A stretch of 64,000 nucleotides of DNA from Obrimoposthia wandeli (Eukaryota), in contig CDROCS010002342.1 of NCBI GenBank assembly GCA_977020255.1, positions 310,001 to 374,000 of the forward strand. Direction: 5' to 3'. Position 1 is the stretch's first letter. The number at the start of each line of letters is the position of its first letter. Of the stretch, positions 14,632-27,346 are shown piece by piece. Under the pieces are notes generated by a model. The model did not search any database, had not been told where the DNA came from, and saw nothing but the letters and a program-made list of their open reading frames with translations. The translations under genes and the position numbers were made by a program.

Positions 14632-16309
14632 GTGAGAAATGATGTACTGCTTCAATACATCTTATTGGAGCACATTAACACACTATTATAAACCACAAGT
14701 CAACTATATTCAATTTTATCAATGACATTTTATGAATAAGGACTAATTTTATTGTGACACTTCAAGATGACATGAAAAAACAATTTCAATAATTTAAAAG
14801 TACATTCAAAATGTCGGAAAAAATCAAAAACATTTTAGCTTAATGATTTCCATATTTTAAAATTTATGATATACATTTATATTTTAATATTTAATATCGT
14901 CAAATGTGTAAAATTTACTTTCATTTTTATTTTGTGTTGTTTTTGTATATTTTTCATTTAAATATTTATTATTTTATTATATATGGATTAATGGTTTTTG
15001 TCAAATATAGTATTAATATTACAAAACAAAATTATTATTAAAACTAATTATACCAGAATTGTACGGAATTTCAACGTATTAATGTAGACTATAAGATAGT
15101 TACGTATGAGTAACAGGTTATATATATATTTCTAATAGAGAAATAAATTAAAACAGAGAGTTTTTATTTCGAATAAAAATTAAGTGAAAGTTCTGAGAAA
15201 GAATTAAACAAAAAGTTTCAATCGAATCATTATAGAAGCAATTTCACAATTTAGATAATCACTTTTCTGCAATTGAAATTCGAAGAATTTCACATCGGTC
15301 CAGTGACGTCAATCGAATTGGGAATTAATTCAACTAAAGTAAATGAATTCTTGGGAGAACCGGGTGAGATTACGGCACTGTTTAATCGATATGTTCATCG
15401 GTGTTTTGCTTCAGCGCTTCGAGAATTTCTGCAATTATTTAAATTGTGAAGTTTAATCTTCCTTTTATTTGGAACTAGGGAAAATAATGAAATATTAACC
15501 GACAATTTGAACTTTATCGAGGATTTGAATGATCTATATTCTAATAACGCAAAATAGTCTGATATGGCTCAAATTAAAGCTGAGGATTCTTGATTAATTG
15601 ATTTTCGTTTTAGGTTTCGGTTTACTTACAAGTTAATTCTCTGATATATTCAAGAATATTTTATTACACTGCCTCAGCTATTACAGGCTAGTTACAAGTC
15701 TGCAATAATTAAGACAAAACGATTACATTTAAACAGAACGATTAGAAATGAGTTTTATAAAACTACTTTTGAGTTTCTTCAAATCAGAATAAAGCTGGTT
15801 CGTGTCGATTGCAATTATCAAACTGATTAACAAATTTGCAAATAGCAACAATGAATTTTAGCCAATGTGCAGGTCAATGAAATTCTGATAGCGACTTTTA
15901 GTTACATGGCAAATGAAAATTTAATCAAATTATTATGGGTTTACCAAAGTTTCGATATCTATTGTTCGGTATCTTCGTTAGGGTCATACTCGTACTGATA
16001 CCGATTGCTCTGTCATCTGACCGATTGCTCCTATTTCACACTGACTAAAAAGGTTGCTAACAGATTGACAAGTAGATTGACTTATAATACAAAATTCAAA
16101 CACATGACCTTAAAAAAAACTTTAAAAAAAACGATGACCTAAGACTAACGTATGTATTTTCATTCTACCTAGTAGTTTAGAGATTCGCCTTTTACGTCCC
16201 TTAGGTTCTAGCTTCCGAATAAACTTTACTTTACGAGGGCCAATTTAAACTGATCCTTTTTTACTTCAATTTGAGATATCAAGCTCCGTTTGTTTATCAA
16301 AACAACTTT

Positions 16310-17846
16310 TGTTGGGGTTTCTATATGAAACTAGATCCAACGTGAGTTCTTTATCAATCGGGCTTGCAGTTGTTCGTGGCCTATTTAAATTTTTCTTGCC
16401 TGTCTCAATATCTAATCTGAAGGTTTAGTGTAAGGTGTCGTGGGAGATGTGTAAGGAGTTGTGTGCACAGGGTAATGGAAAATTTCCCTTATTGTGGTGT
16501 AGTGGTTAGAGGGTTGATATTTGCCTGATTTTAGGTGGTGTATTCTAAGTAACACTGCTTGATTGTAGGAAAATTTTATTCGTTAGCTTACTCGAACTAC
16601 GTTCCTAAATATTACAACAACTAATCCTATGTCACTTCCCTACTTCACACAATTTTAATTAATCGATTTTAATCGTACCTATTAATTTTACAAGTTTCTA
16701 AATTCGGTGAAATTTGCTCTAACCTTTAGGGTCTAGTCCAAACTTCGGATGTACGAAAATTAACGTACTCGAGATTACTTGAAATAAAACTTATCCAAAT
16801 TACTGTAGATCAATATTGACAACTTCGGTTTTACTTATTAAATTTATCGTTAATCGATATCATTGAAATGTTTTTATCTCTCAAATCAATTGAACCAAAC
16901 GCTTTTAATTTATCAAAATCAATTGAACAAAATGCTCTTTACAATTTTCAAAATCAATTTAACAAAACGCTTTTAATCTCTCAAAATCAATTTAATTAAA
17001 CGCTTTTTATCTCTCGCCCTTCTCACCTTCCTTTAGTCCGTGGTATGCGTTCGTCCGTCTGTGAAGTCTGGTCTTTAGTACAGCTGAATTCCTTACGTTT
17101 GTTGGTCTTCCTTCAACTTCTGGAAATCAGAAATAACAACTTCTCTATTTAGGATTTGATTACCTTTCTCCTTGACGACTTGTGGCGATTTTAATTTTTT
17201 GGAACTGAGCACTTTCTAAACAAATTCAATTTTCAGGAATAATTCAACTTCTATGGTAATCAAAATAAATTTCTTTTTACTGAATTCTTTACCTCGACTC
17301 TATTTAATACTTCTGGAAATAATGTGACAATTTTCAGACTATTCTAGAACAATCAACTTCTGATTTCAGTTTCTCAATTCTTACGCTCAATTTGCCTCAA
17401 GTTGCACGCGTGATTGTGATGGATCTGACTCGGAAACTTCCTTTAAGTAATTTTTCCTAAGTGCTTTTCCTGGAAAGAGTAGATAATTTCCCTTAACTAA
17501 AAATCTTCTTACCTCCGGTTGATTACTGACTGGAGACGCTAATGGATAATGACTGGAGACGCTAATGGATTATTGGCTTCCTTTTTCTTTAATTACTCTT
17601 GGTTTTCGTTAATTACACTCTGTACTTTTTGGGCCCTTTTATAACTTAAACTTTCCCTTATATACAACACATCATACACTTGACCTCTTCAAGGTCTTAA
17701 AATACTTTTCGATTTTATTTCCTCCATTTTTATTCTAATTGAAAATTCTATTAAATTTTTTATTCTTTTAGCCTTGCTTTCAAGGTTTTATTTTCATATA
17801 TAAATAATTAATTATTTCTATAAATCCTAAAATCCTAATCCTAACA
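16310..17846. mobile_element. Family A solo-LTR-like element A1 (subfamily beta), nested in an older family A copy
   Basis: TGTTGGGGTTTC...CCTAATCCTAACA; TSD CTTT/CTTT. Confidence 0.9.
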
Positions 17847-17849
17847 CTT

Positions 17850-19070
17850 TTACTTTTCCAATGTAACTTTTCTTGTTTATATAACTTTTCTTTTTTCGAT
17901 ATAACTTTTCACTTTCTATAATGACCAAACTTACAAAATTCTTACGTACTTTCTAAATGATCAATTACAATTACATTGATCCAAATTATTATGCTTTTTT
18001 TTATCAATAGTGATTACAAATACACTGATCAAAATTATTACACTCTTTTCTAAATGATCAATTACAATTATAATGATCCAAACTATTATGCTTTTTATCA
18101 ATAGTGATTACAAATACACTGATCAAAATTATTACACTCTTTCTAAACGATCAATTACAAATATAATGATCCAAATTATTACGCTTTTTTATCAATAAGC
18201 AATTACAAATACACTTTTTACTACATTCTCTCAAATCACTCTATTATTAAAAATTAATTGTCCGGTAGGTCCACAGATTCCGGCTATTCTATATTAAGTT
18301 CCTCGTGTCTTGGTTGTTAACTCAATCAGGACAGATTCCCTCTAATTGTTCACTCCTGTTATCTGGCGGTTCCGTCTAGTTTGTCTGGCCCCTTTTTTGT
18401 CCTGTATAACCGAAATTAAATTCGTTTTTTCACGACGACGGATCTCTATATTTTTTGCTCTAATAAGTTAATTCTCACTTCTCGTAGTCCTGGATTTAGC
18501 TACTTTTTGGATATTCAATCAATTTCTCGAGAGATTATTGGCTTTGTTTTTTGTGCAATTTTCTTTTTGTCGATTTTGCTTTTATACATCTACCTTAAAT
18601 AACAATTTATCTACTCCACTTAAGCTAACTGCTCTTACCATCATCTGGATGGATGCCGGCTGTTTCAGTTCGCATGAGTCTTCAGACAGCACTTAGTTCT
18701 GTCTCGGATTTCTGTCGGCTGGTTCAGTTCCCAGCGAGCGTAGCTTCTTATAGTTCTGGATTATTCTTAATTGATATTCAACTTCGATTTCTCTTTATTG
18801 GGATTTGTATTTGCCTTCGCACGAAACTTTTCTTAATTTTATTTTTTGTCGATTTTCGTAAGTTGTAATTTTTTGATTTTTACTTAATTTGACTTTAACT
18901 TTCCAATATATCACGCAACGCACATGACCTCTTCAAGGTCCTAAATTATTTTAGTTTAGTTGAAAACAATTTTATTATTTTTTGTTTTGTTTAACCTTAA
19001 TTCAAGGTTATACTTTTTTCTTTTAAATAGTCGATTTTATTTTTAATTTTATTAATTCCCAATCTTAACA
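17850..19070. mobile_element. Right part of an older family A copy interrupted by A1; left end not located
   Basis: Has minus-strand donor (18638), TATA (~18905), both palindromes, ends ...ATCTTAACA; tandem repeat at ~17950-18210. Confidence 0.7.
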
Positions 19071-19364
19071 ATAGGTAATTATTCTCGTTGTCTTTCTAAT
19101 TTATCTCCGATCCAAACAAAGAAATTTGTCTGTCTCATTTTAAATAGCTCTTCTTTGTGATTCTTTTGTTTAAGTATTCTAAGTCGTCTGTGTTGCTTCA
19201 TTCAATTAGGTATCTACTGTAAGTCCGTGAATAGTACGGTTTAGATAAGTGTGATTCTATAATACAGTTTTTACTTTGCCAATTTTAAAAAAAAATTATT
19301 AATTTATCAATGTTTTTAAATTTACAGTAAGTTCTTGTATAAAACGGCTTTTAACTTTTGATTA

Positions 19365-19644
19365 TATATATGTTACAGTCAATCTGTGAAATCAGCCATT
19401 TCATGAAAAGGCTAAAAAATTTCAGCCAATCTGTGTAATGATGAATAGTATAGTTTATGATGTGGATCAGTTGAATAAGTAGCCGACGTCGGATGAAACT
19501 GTATCAACAGTAGCCAAATCTGTCATCAACTTATTCAACTGATCCACATCATAAACTATACTATTCATCATTACACAGATTGGCTGAAATTTTTTAGCCT
19601 TTTCATGAAATGGCTGATTTCACAGATTGACTGTAACATATATA
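19365..19644. repeat. Foldback element: 116-bp perfect inverted arms, 48-nt spacer
   Basis: 19365-19480 is the reverse complement of 19529-19644; flanked by TA runs. Confidence 0.93.
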
Positions 19645-19880
19645 AAGATACAAAGGAAAATCGAGAAAACGAAAATGTTGTGCTCATAAAAATTCACTTT
19701 AGATGAATTATCAATGTTAATTAACAAAGTAGACGTTGTTTGTGAATTAATCATTACCGTGGACCTAAACATGAACGAGGCATGAAATTTAGAGAGGCGT
19801 TACAAAATGAAAACGGTGTAAACAACTCTGGTAGTATTTCTCAAAATAAATATATTATTTATTAGTCTTTATGGTTATAT

Positions 19881-22582
19881 TGTTGGGGTTTCTATATGAG
19901 ACTTATATAGATCCTCTTGAATGCGGAGGGCCCCAACGTGAGTTCTATAGAAGCAGGTCTTAAAGTTGGTCGTGGCCTACTTAATGTTATGGTTGCCTGT
20001 ATCAATTGCTTATCTGAAGGTGTTTGTTTTGATGTCTCTTAATCTGAAGGGTTTAGAACAATGCTTTCTAATGTATTAAATCGTTTATTGTTAACACACT
20101 AGACTAAAACGAAACAATACGTTTACGTACGTATTTTCTAAAAAGTTGTAGTAAAATTCCTAAGACTTCTGAAAGTCTCTACACCAGTGGGGATGAACCA
20201 CGTATCGATTTTAAGTTTAGGGTTGGTTGGTCACTAGAGTCTTGACTCTAAAAATGAGAGTAACTTTAACTTTATAGATTTTGCAGAGCTGTTGCTCTAA
20301 AAATAGGGAAGGAGTTTAGATAGGTTTTAAGGTAGTTTTACAGAATTTTGTAAGATTCAATCTTTAAATTAATATCAGAAAATTCAAAATGTTGATCAAT
20401 TTCAGTAAATCCAAACTTTAAATTAATATCGGCAATTCAAAATATAATTCAATTTCACTAAGTTCAACTTTAAATTAATATCGGCAATTCAAAATATAAA
20501 TCAATTTCACTAAGTTCAACTTTAAATTAATATCGGCAATTCAAATATAAATCAATTTCACTAAGTTCAACTTTAAATTAATATCGGCAATTCAAAATAT
20601 AAATCAATTTCACTAAGTTCAACTTTAAATTAATATCGGCAATTCAAAATATAAATCAATTTCACTAAGTTCAACTTTAATTTAATATCGGCAATTCAAA
20701 TATAAATCAATTTCACTAAGTTCAACTTTAATTTAATATCGGCAATTCAAATATAAATTAATTTCACTAAATTAAATTCAAAATGTTAATCAACTTCACT
20801 AAATTCAACTTTAATTTAATATCGGCAATTCAAATATAAATTAATTTCACCAAATTAAATTCAAAATGTTAATCAACTTCACTAAATTCAACTTTAATTT
20901 AATATCGGCAATTCAAATATAAATTAATTTCACCAAATTAAATTCAAAATGTTAATCAACTTCACTAAATTCAACTTTAATTTAATATCGGCAATTCAAA
21001 TATAAATTAATTTCACTAAATTAAATTCAAAATGTTAATCAACTTCACTAAATTCAACTTTAATTTAATATCGGCAATCCAAATATAAATTAATTTCACC
21101 AAATTAAATTCAAAATGTTAATCAACTTCACTAAATTCAACTTTAATTTAATATCGGCAATTCAAATATAAATTAATTTCACCAAATTAAATTCAAAATG
21201 TTAATCAACTTCACTGCTCAGCAGTCCCACTCTGCCTCTCACATCGCTCCCGTCTTCAGTTCCTCGATTTATGGTCCACTGAGAGCGGTTACTAATGGTC
21301 CGGAAAACTCCGCGGATTGAGGGGATGCGCTGCGATTGAGCTACTGCGGATTGCTGTGATGCCTCTGATCTAGTTCACTTGTCCTGGTAGTTTCCGTGGC
21401 TACTTTGCTGTCCGATTGCTGGTCTGGTGGCGCAGTAACGAGTTTGCTGGAGAGATGGCTCGATCGGAATCCTTCTATTATATCTATTAAATTTGTTGGG
21501 AATTTGCGTGATTTACCTCCTAGTTTCTTCTGTCTTCTTCTAACGATTCTTGAAATCGGCGAGATCCTACGAATATTCCGCTTGTTGTTTCTTGAAATCC
21601 TGGTGCGACGGCAAACTGCGAGCGATAGATAACTTGTGGGCGACTGCTACGTTGGCGAATTTCTTCTCGGAATTGGCAATTTCTTCTCGGAATTGGCAAA
21701 CTGCGAGCGATAGATAACTTGTGGGCGACTGCTACGTTGGCGAATTTCTTCTCGGAATTGGCAATTTCTTCTCGGAATTGGCAAACTGCAACTTCTGATA
21801 ACTCTTCTTCTCTAGCAAAATGGTAAAATTGTGGCGACCGCGACATTGGTGAACTGCTATTTATATTCCACGATCGATTTCCAGGTTGGCGCACGGTACT
21901 GCTGGCAACTGCAACTTCTGGAGTTGGTGTGTCGATCAACTGCTATCGACGCTCTGATTCTCGGAATTGGCGAACTCCTGACGCTAATTGCTTTTGCTGC
22001 GGCGCGAGTTGATTGACCTGCGGAGATTCGTTTCTCTCGCTGGTCCGATCCTGACGATGGCTGTTGCTGGCTCGATGCTAGTTGGCGCGATGATGACGAA
22101 TCGATTTGTTGCGGCGCTGTGGGAACTAATTAATTTCCTGTCAAGAACATGTCAGCTGGCACACAATCTAAGTGCACTTACTTTGATGCTGTAATTGATG
22201 CGGCTGCAGCTGTTTTGGGCTCCCACGATGACTTACACGATATTTCGATTTTCTAGAGATCCTAAATTGAGGTCACGAATCTAACTTCTGATTTTCTGGT
22301 CTAATTTGATGTTTGTTTCGCAGATCTTAATTGATGTCTTGCTATCTTCTATTTTCCGTTGATGATTATTATATTTTTTTGGGGCCCTTTTGTTTTGATT
22401 TAACTTAATATATACTCATGCATTACACACGACCTTCGTGGTCCTTTAATATTTATTTACTATTTAACAATTTATTTTTGATATAAAATTAAAATTTATT
22501 TAATTTTAACCTTGCTTTCAAGGATTTTCATTTTACTATAAAATCAATTTATTATTTAATTTTTCAATTCCTAAACCTAACA
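19881..22582. mobile_element. Family A element A2 (alpha), 2.7 kb
   Basis: TG...CA termini; TSD ATAT/ATAT. Confidence 0.92.
20405..21215. repeat. Minisatellite in A2: ~52-bp unit then derived 83-bp unit
   Basis: Unit starts at 20460/20512 (52 bp) and 20801/20884/20967 (83 bp). Confidence 0.9.
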
Positions 22583-23294
22583 ATATTATTATTCTTTTAG
22601 AAGCATTTAATTGTTTTTTACATTGATATATATGGTAAAATCGGTTTCAATTATTACTACAAATGAGAAACAAAGTATATTCTAAACGGAAGTGTTGTTT
22701 CCAACAACATGGGTTGTATTAGGATTGTTAATTATGCTGTGATCAGTCTCTTTGGGACTGAGATTCCTCGGATTGTTTCCCATTGATGTGTTGGGGTTTC
22801 TATACGAAACTTGGTACAGATCCTCTTATGTGCGGAGGGCCCCAACGTGAGTTCGAATAGAAGCAGGTCTTAAAGTTGGTCGTGGCCTACTTAGTGTTAT
22901 GGTTGCCTATCTCTTGTACTATCGGAAGGTATTTGATTTGATGTCTCTTATTCTGAAGGGTGCAAAAACAACTTGTTCTAATGTAGGAAATTGTTTATTG
23001 GTAATTCACGTAACTAAACACAACAATACGTATTTCTAAAAAGTATGGTAAAATTCCTAAGACTTCTGTAAGTCTCTACAACAAGTGGGGATGAACCACG
23101 TATCGATTTTACGTTCGGGGTAATCGAGATTTTAGAGTTATTCTTCTTCCTAGGTTGGTTAATCTATAACGCAACTCTCTTAAATTTCTTCGACTTGACT
23201 TCTTATGTGTGGATAAAGTTTCTTGAATGGGTAACTCTATCTGTTGTGTATTCGACCACGAATTGTCCACTGTGGGCAATGATTCTCCTAAAAA

Positions 23295-23700
23295 CCTAAT
23301 TGTCAACGATGACAATGAAAACTTGCTTCGAATTGTCAACTAGGACAATGAGTGTTTGTTCCGAATTGTCAACTAGGGACAATGAATGTACCGAATTGTC
23401 AACTAGGGACAATGAGTGTTTGTTCCGAATTGTCAACTAGGGACAATGAGTGGACCGAATTGTCAGCTAGGGACAATGAATCTTATGGGAAAAAACTCGT
23501 ACAACTCCTAATTGTCAACTGGGGACAATGAATATGATGGACAATCCTAATTGTCAACTAGGGACAATGATTTGGTTAAAGAGGCAAATCCTAATTGTCA
23601 GCTAGGGACAATGAATATGTTTAAAATATGTTACAATTTCGAATTGCCAACAAGGGGCAATGAATGTATCCTAATTGCCAACTAGGGGCAATGAATGCTC
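23295..23700. repeat. Array of 11 dyad repeats AATTGTCAACTAGGGACAATGA with variable spacers (in A3)
   Basis: Read directly; inter-repeat spacers about 5-30 nt. Confidence 0.9.
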
Positions 23701-23821
23701 TAGTCGGTGTTCTTACCTATGTTACTCGAGATTCCTGTAGTACTGGTGAGTCTGGATACGATCGTCTTCAATCAACTGCAACTTCTTTCGAGCTTTTCAA
23801 ATTTGGATACTGATTCAATCT

Positions 23822-24205
23822 TTAGACACTTTTCAACTTTAGACTTTTCAAATGTGGAATAACTTTCTCGGCAATTTGGCTTTTACTTTAGACACTTTTC
23901 AACTTTAGACTTTTCAAATGTGGAATAACTTTCTCGGCAATTTGGCTTTTACTTTAGACACTTTTCAACTTTAGACTTTTCAAATGTGGAATAACTTTCT
24001 CGGCAATTTGGCTTTTACTTTAGACACTTTTCAACTTTAGACTTTTCAAATGTGGAATAACTTTCTCGGCAATTTGGCTTTTACTTTAGACACTTTTCAA
24101 CTTTAGACTTTTCAAATGTGGAATAACTTTCTCGGCAATTTGGCTTTTACTTTAGACACTTTTCAACTTTAGACTTTTCAAATGTGGAATAACTTTCTCG
24201 GCAAT
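23822..24205. repeat. 66-bp tandem repeat, ~5.8 identical units (in A3)
   Basis: Unit starts at 23822, 23888, 23954 and onward. Confidence 0.92.
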
Positions 24206-25483
24206 TCTAAATTAATTTAATTCAATTTAATTCACCAACTTGACTTACTGGCTTTTCTGCTGGTTCTATTTTGTCTGTTGTGTCAACTTGGGTTATGAGT
24301 CAACGACTTATATACTCGATTATGGGTTGTCAGTCAACTCTTGACTGCTTCTGTTCTTCCGGGATTATGGGCTGTCAGTCAGCAATATTGGACAGCTGAA
24401 ATATATCAAGTACGGCAGCTGAAAAAAAATCAAGTTAGCTTACTGCACGAAAATGTGCTTACCGTTTCTTTGATTGACGTTCGTAATTTTCTAAATTGTT
24501 CCCTTTTGCTTTTTGCACTTTTGGTTAATTAACTCTAAACTTATATATCCTACACTATACACGACCTTCGTGGTCCTCCTAATTTTTATCCTAACTTCCA
24601 CTAATTTTAATTTTGAATCTAAAATTAATATTTAATTTAATTTTCAACCTTGCTTTCAAGGATTTTTATTTTAGTATTTAATCGACTAATTATTTTAATT
24701 TCTTAATTCTTAAACCTAACAGATGTGTGGGTACCAAGTTGCTGATGGTTCTCGTTGACGAGTTGAGTCGCTACCGCTTGTACAGTCTTGATACCTCCTA
24801 CGTAATGATTTGTTGCTGGGTTTCTTTTTAACTGTCTCTGCTGGTTCTTATATAATAGTTTATATCACCAGTTCTTATATAATGTATGGCTTCTTGTTCT
24901 TCGACTCGTGTAGTCACTTCCCAGAAGCGACAGAATTGCAAAAATAATGTAGTGATTAGGTTGGATCGATAAAATTTAATATATTATCTGTTGATTTAAT
25001 AAACCTAAATGTGAAATGCTAATTTGCATATAGCGATGGAATGATGTACAATCTAGATAATTATTATTTTTTATTTACTGTTAATAAATTTTAGTCTTTT
25101 TAGGAAGTTTAAAACGTACTTTTTTATTATGTGTTTGTGCTCCCCTAAAATAATTAACCACTTAACGTCTCTGATATGCTTTTTCACTTTATGGATGGTT
25201 GATATTATAATATTGAGCTAGCAAGGCTGGATCGTTTGGAGGATGAGGCGAACATTAATTTGTTTGTTGATTGTACAAAATCGGCCGCCATTCTGTTGAT
25301 AACTACTGGGTTACTGCCGAAAGGTAATTGTTACAATTGTTTTCACGAAATTGTCGCTACTGGTCGGAAATCATCAGGACAACTTTGTGTAAAATGAAGA
25401 AATGTATGCTCATGTGATTTTGTCGTCGTATCATGAAATGAATCAGTTTTTGTCAATATTAGTCAGGACACAGTTGATTCATA

Positions 25484-27346
25484 TGTTGGGGTTTCTATAT
25501 GAAACTGTATTCTATTATATATCCTCTTTAGTGGAGGGCCCCAACGTGAGTTCTATAGAAGCAGGACTTGTAGATGTTTGTGGCCTACTTAATGTTATGC
25601 TTGCCTGTCTCAATTCTTATCTGAAGGTTTGTTGTTTTGTCTTAATCTGAAGGGTTTAGAACAACGCTTTCTAATTGTAGGAAATCGTTTATTACTAAGC
25701 ACACCAAACTAACACGAATTAACACGTCTAAGTACGTTCTAAAAATTACAATAAAATCCCTAAGACTTCTGTAAGTCTCTATACAAGTGGGGATGATCCA
25801 CGTATCGATTTTAGTTTAGGGTTGGTTGGTCACTAGAGTCTTGACTCTAAAAAATGAAGGCAACATTAACTTTATAGATTTTTAAGTCAACTTTAATTCT
25901 TCAAAACTTTATGATAACAATAAATTCACTGTCAAAATCTTTCTCAAAAACTTTATAGACTTTTAATTCAACTTTTAATAAATTCACTTTCAAAATCTTT
26001 CTCAAAAACTTTATAGACTTTTAATCAACTTTTAATAATTTCACTGTCAAAATCTTTCTCAAAAACTTTATAGACTTTTAATTCAACTTTTAATAAATTC
26101 ACTTTCAAAATCTTTCTCAAAAACTTTATAGACTTTTAATTCAACTTTTAATAAATTCACTTCCAAAATCTTTCTCAAAAACTTTATAGACTTTTAATTC
26201 AACTTTTAATAATTTCTCACCAATCCGATGGGTATGTCTGCGTCCGGTGCGAGTTTGGTCCACGTGGTCCGTTTCCCGTACGATGCGGCGAGTTGGCTTT
26301 CGCTCCGATGTCTCTTGTTTGAGATCCTCCTCTGCTTCCCGATTGAGGGCTGATTCTGATTCTTTAAATAATTGATGCTTTTTATTCACAGGTTTCCTAC
26401 CTGTTCTGTCTTCTTTCCTGTTTTCGCTGCTTGATATTTCAAATCTGTGATTCGGATTCTGGGCTTGGCTTTGGTAGCAGAGCGTGGTTGGAAACACAAT
26501 TTCTGGGATTCTGCTTTTCAGTTCAATCTGTTCAAACTTGGGAGCAGAGCGTGGTTGGAAACACAATTTCTGGGATTCTGCTTTTCAGTTCAATCTGTTC
26601 AAACTTGGGAGCAGAGCGTGGTTGGAAACACAATTTCTGGGATTCTGCTTTTCAGTTCAATCTGTTCAAACTTGGGAGCAGAGCGTGGTTGGAAACAATT
26701 TATGTGATTCTGCTTTTAATCCGTCGTGCAAATGTACTCTTCTTTTATCCTCGAGACTCGATGACGAATTGCTGGCCTCTGCACAAATCCTAACTTCTTC
26801 TAATGCAATTCAATTAGTAATGCGACTAAAGCACTTACTACTAGGCAATTGGCTGCTGGCGGGTTCCCACAATATTTCCCGCGCTAATAGCTCGGTAATG
26901 GATTTCTCTTCTTACGGCAGCTGCTTGGCTCCCACAATATTTTCCTGCGCTAATGGTTAATAGCACTTAGCCTAATGGATTTTCTTACCTTGATCCTGGA
27001 TGGCTGGCGTAGTTCCCAGCGTCAATGATTCTTAATCAACTTCTTCTGTTTTTCTTCTAATAATTCTTAATCAGCTATTTAATTATCTTCTGTCTTTCTT
27101 CTAATTTGTCTTCTTTGTTTTTTGTGGCTATATCTTTTTTGGGGCCCTTTGCTTTAGTTTTAACCTCTATATATATTCACGCATCATACATGACCTTCGT
27201 GGTCATTAATATTTAAATTACCATTTTAATTTTCAATAATTTAATTCTAATCTAAACTTTATTTTAATTATGACCTTGTTTTCAAGGATTTTATTTTACT
27301 ATAAATTCAATTAATTATTTAATTTTACCAAAACCTAATCCTAACA
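25484..27346. mobile_element. Family A element A4 (alpha) with ~58-bp x5 and 67-bp x3.4 tandem repeats
   Basis: TG...CA; TSD CATA/CATA; 67-bp units at 26477, 26544, 26611, 26678. Confidence 0.92.

Larger units (their letters stand above)
22789..24721. mobile_element. Family A element A3 (alpha)
   Basis: TG...CA; TSD GATG/GATG. Confidence 0.92.

Noticed and set aside
19881-19960. Spliced-leader RNA gene (hairpin exon plus GTGAGT)
   Set aside because: Bounded by TSDs as part of a mobile element; no leader ending in ATG and no clear Sm site recognised
19881-20060. Hammerhead or other ribozyme (retrozyme) in the left arm
   Set aside because: GAAAC and CTGAAGG occur, but no CUGAnGA...GAAA core with correct helix order on either strand; an Infernal search would settle it
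22565-22582. CTAAC/CTAAT at right ends as branch points making the element self-excising
   Set aside because: CCTAACA is simply the inverted counterpart of the left TGTTGGG terminus; no conserved downstream AG
23295-23700. CRISPR-like look of palindromic repeats with variable spacers
   Set aside because: Spacers are irregular (about 5-30 nt) and partly duplicated, there are no cas genes, and the array lies inside a eukaryotic LTR-like element
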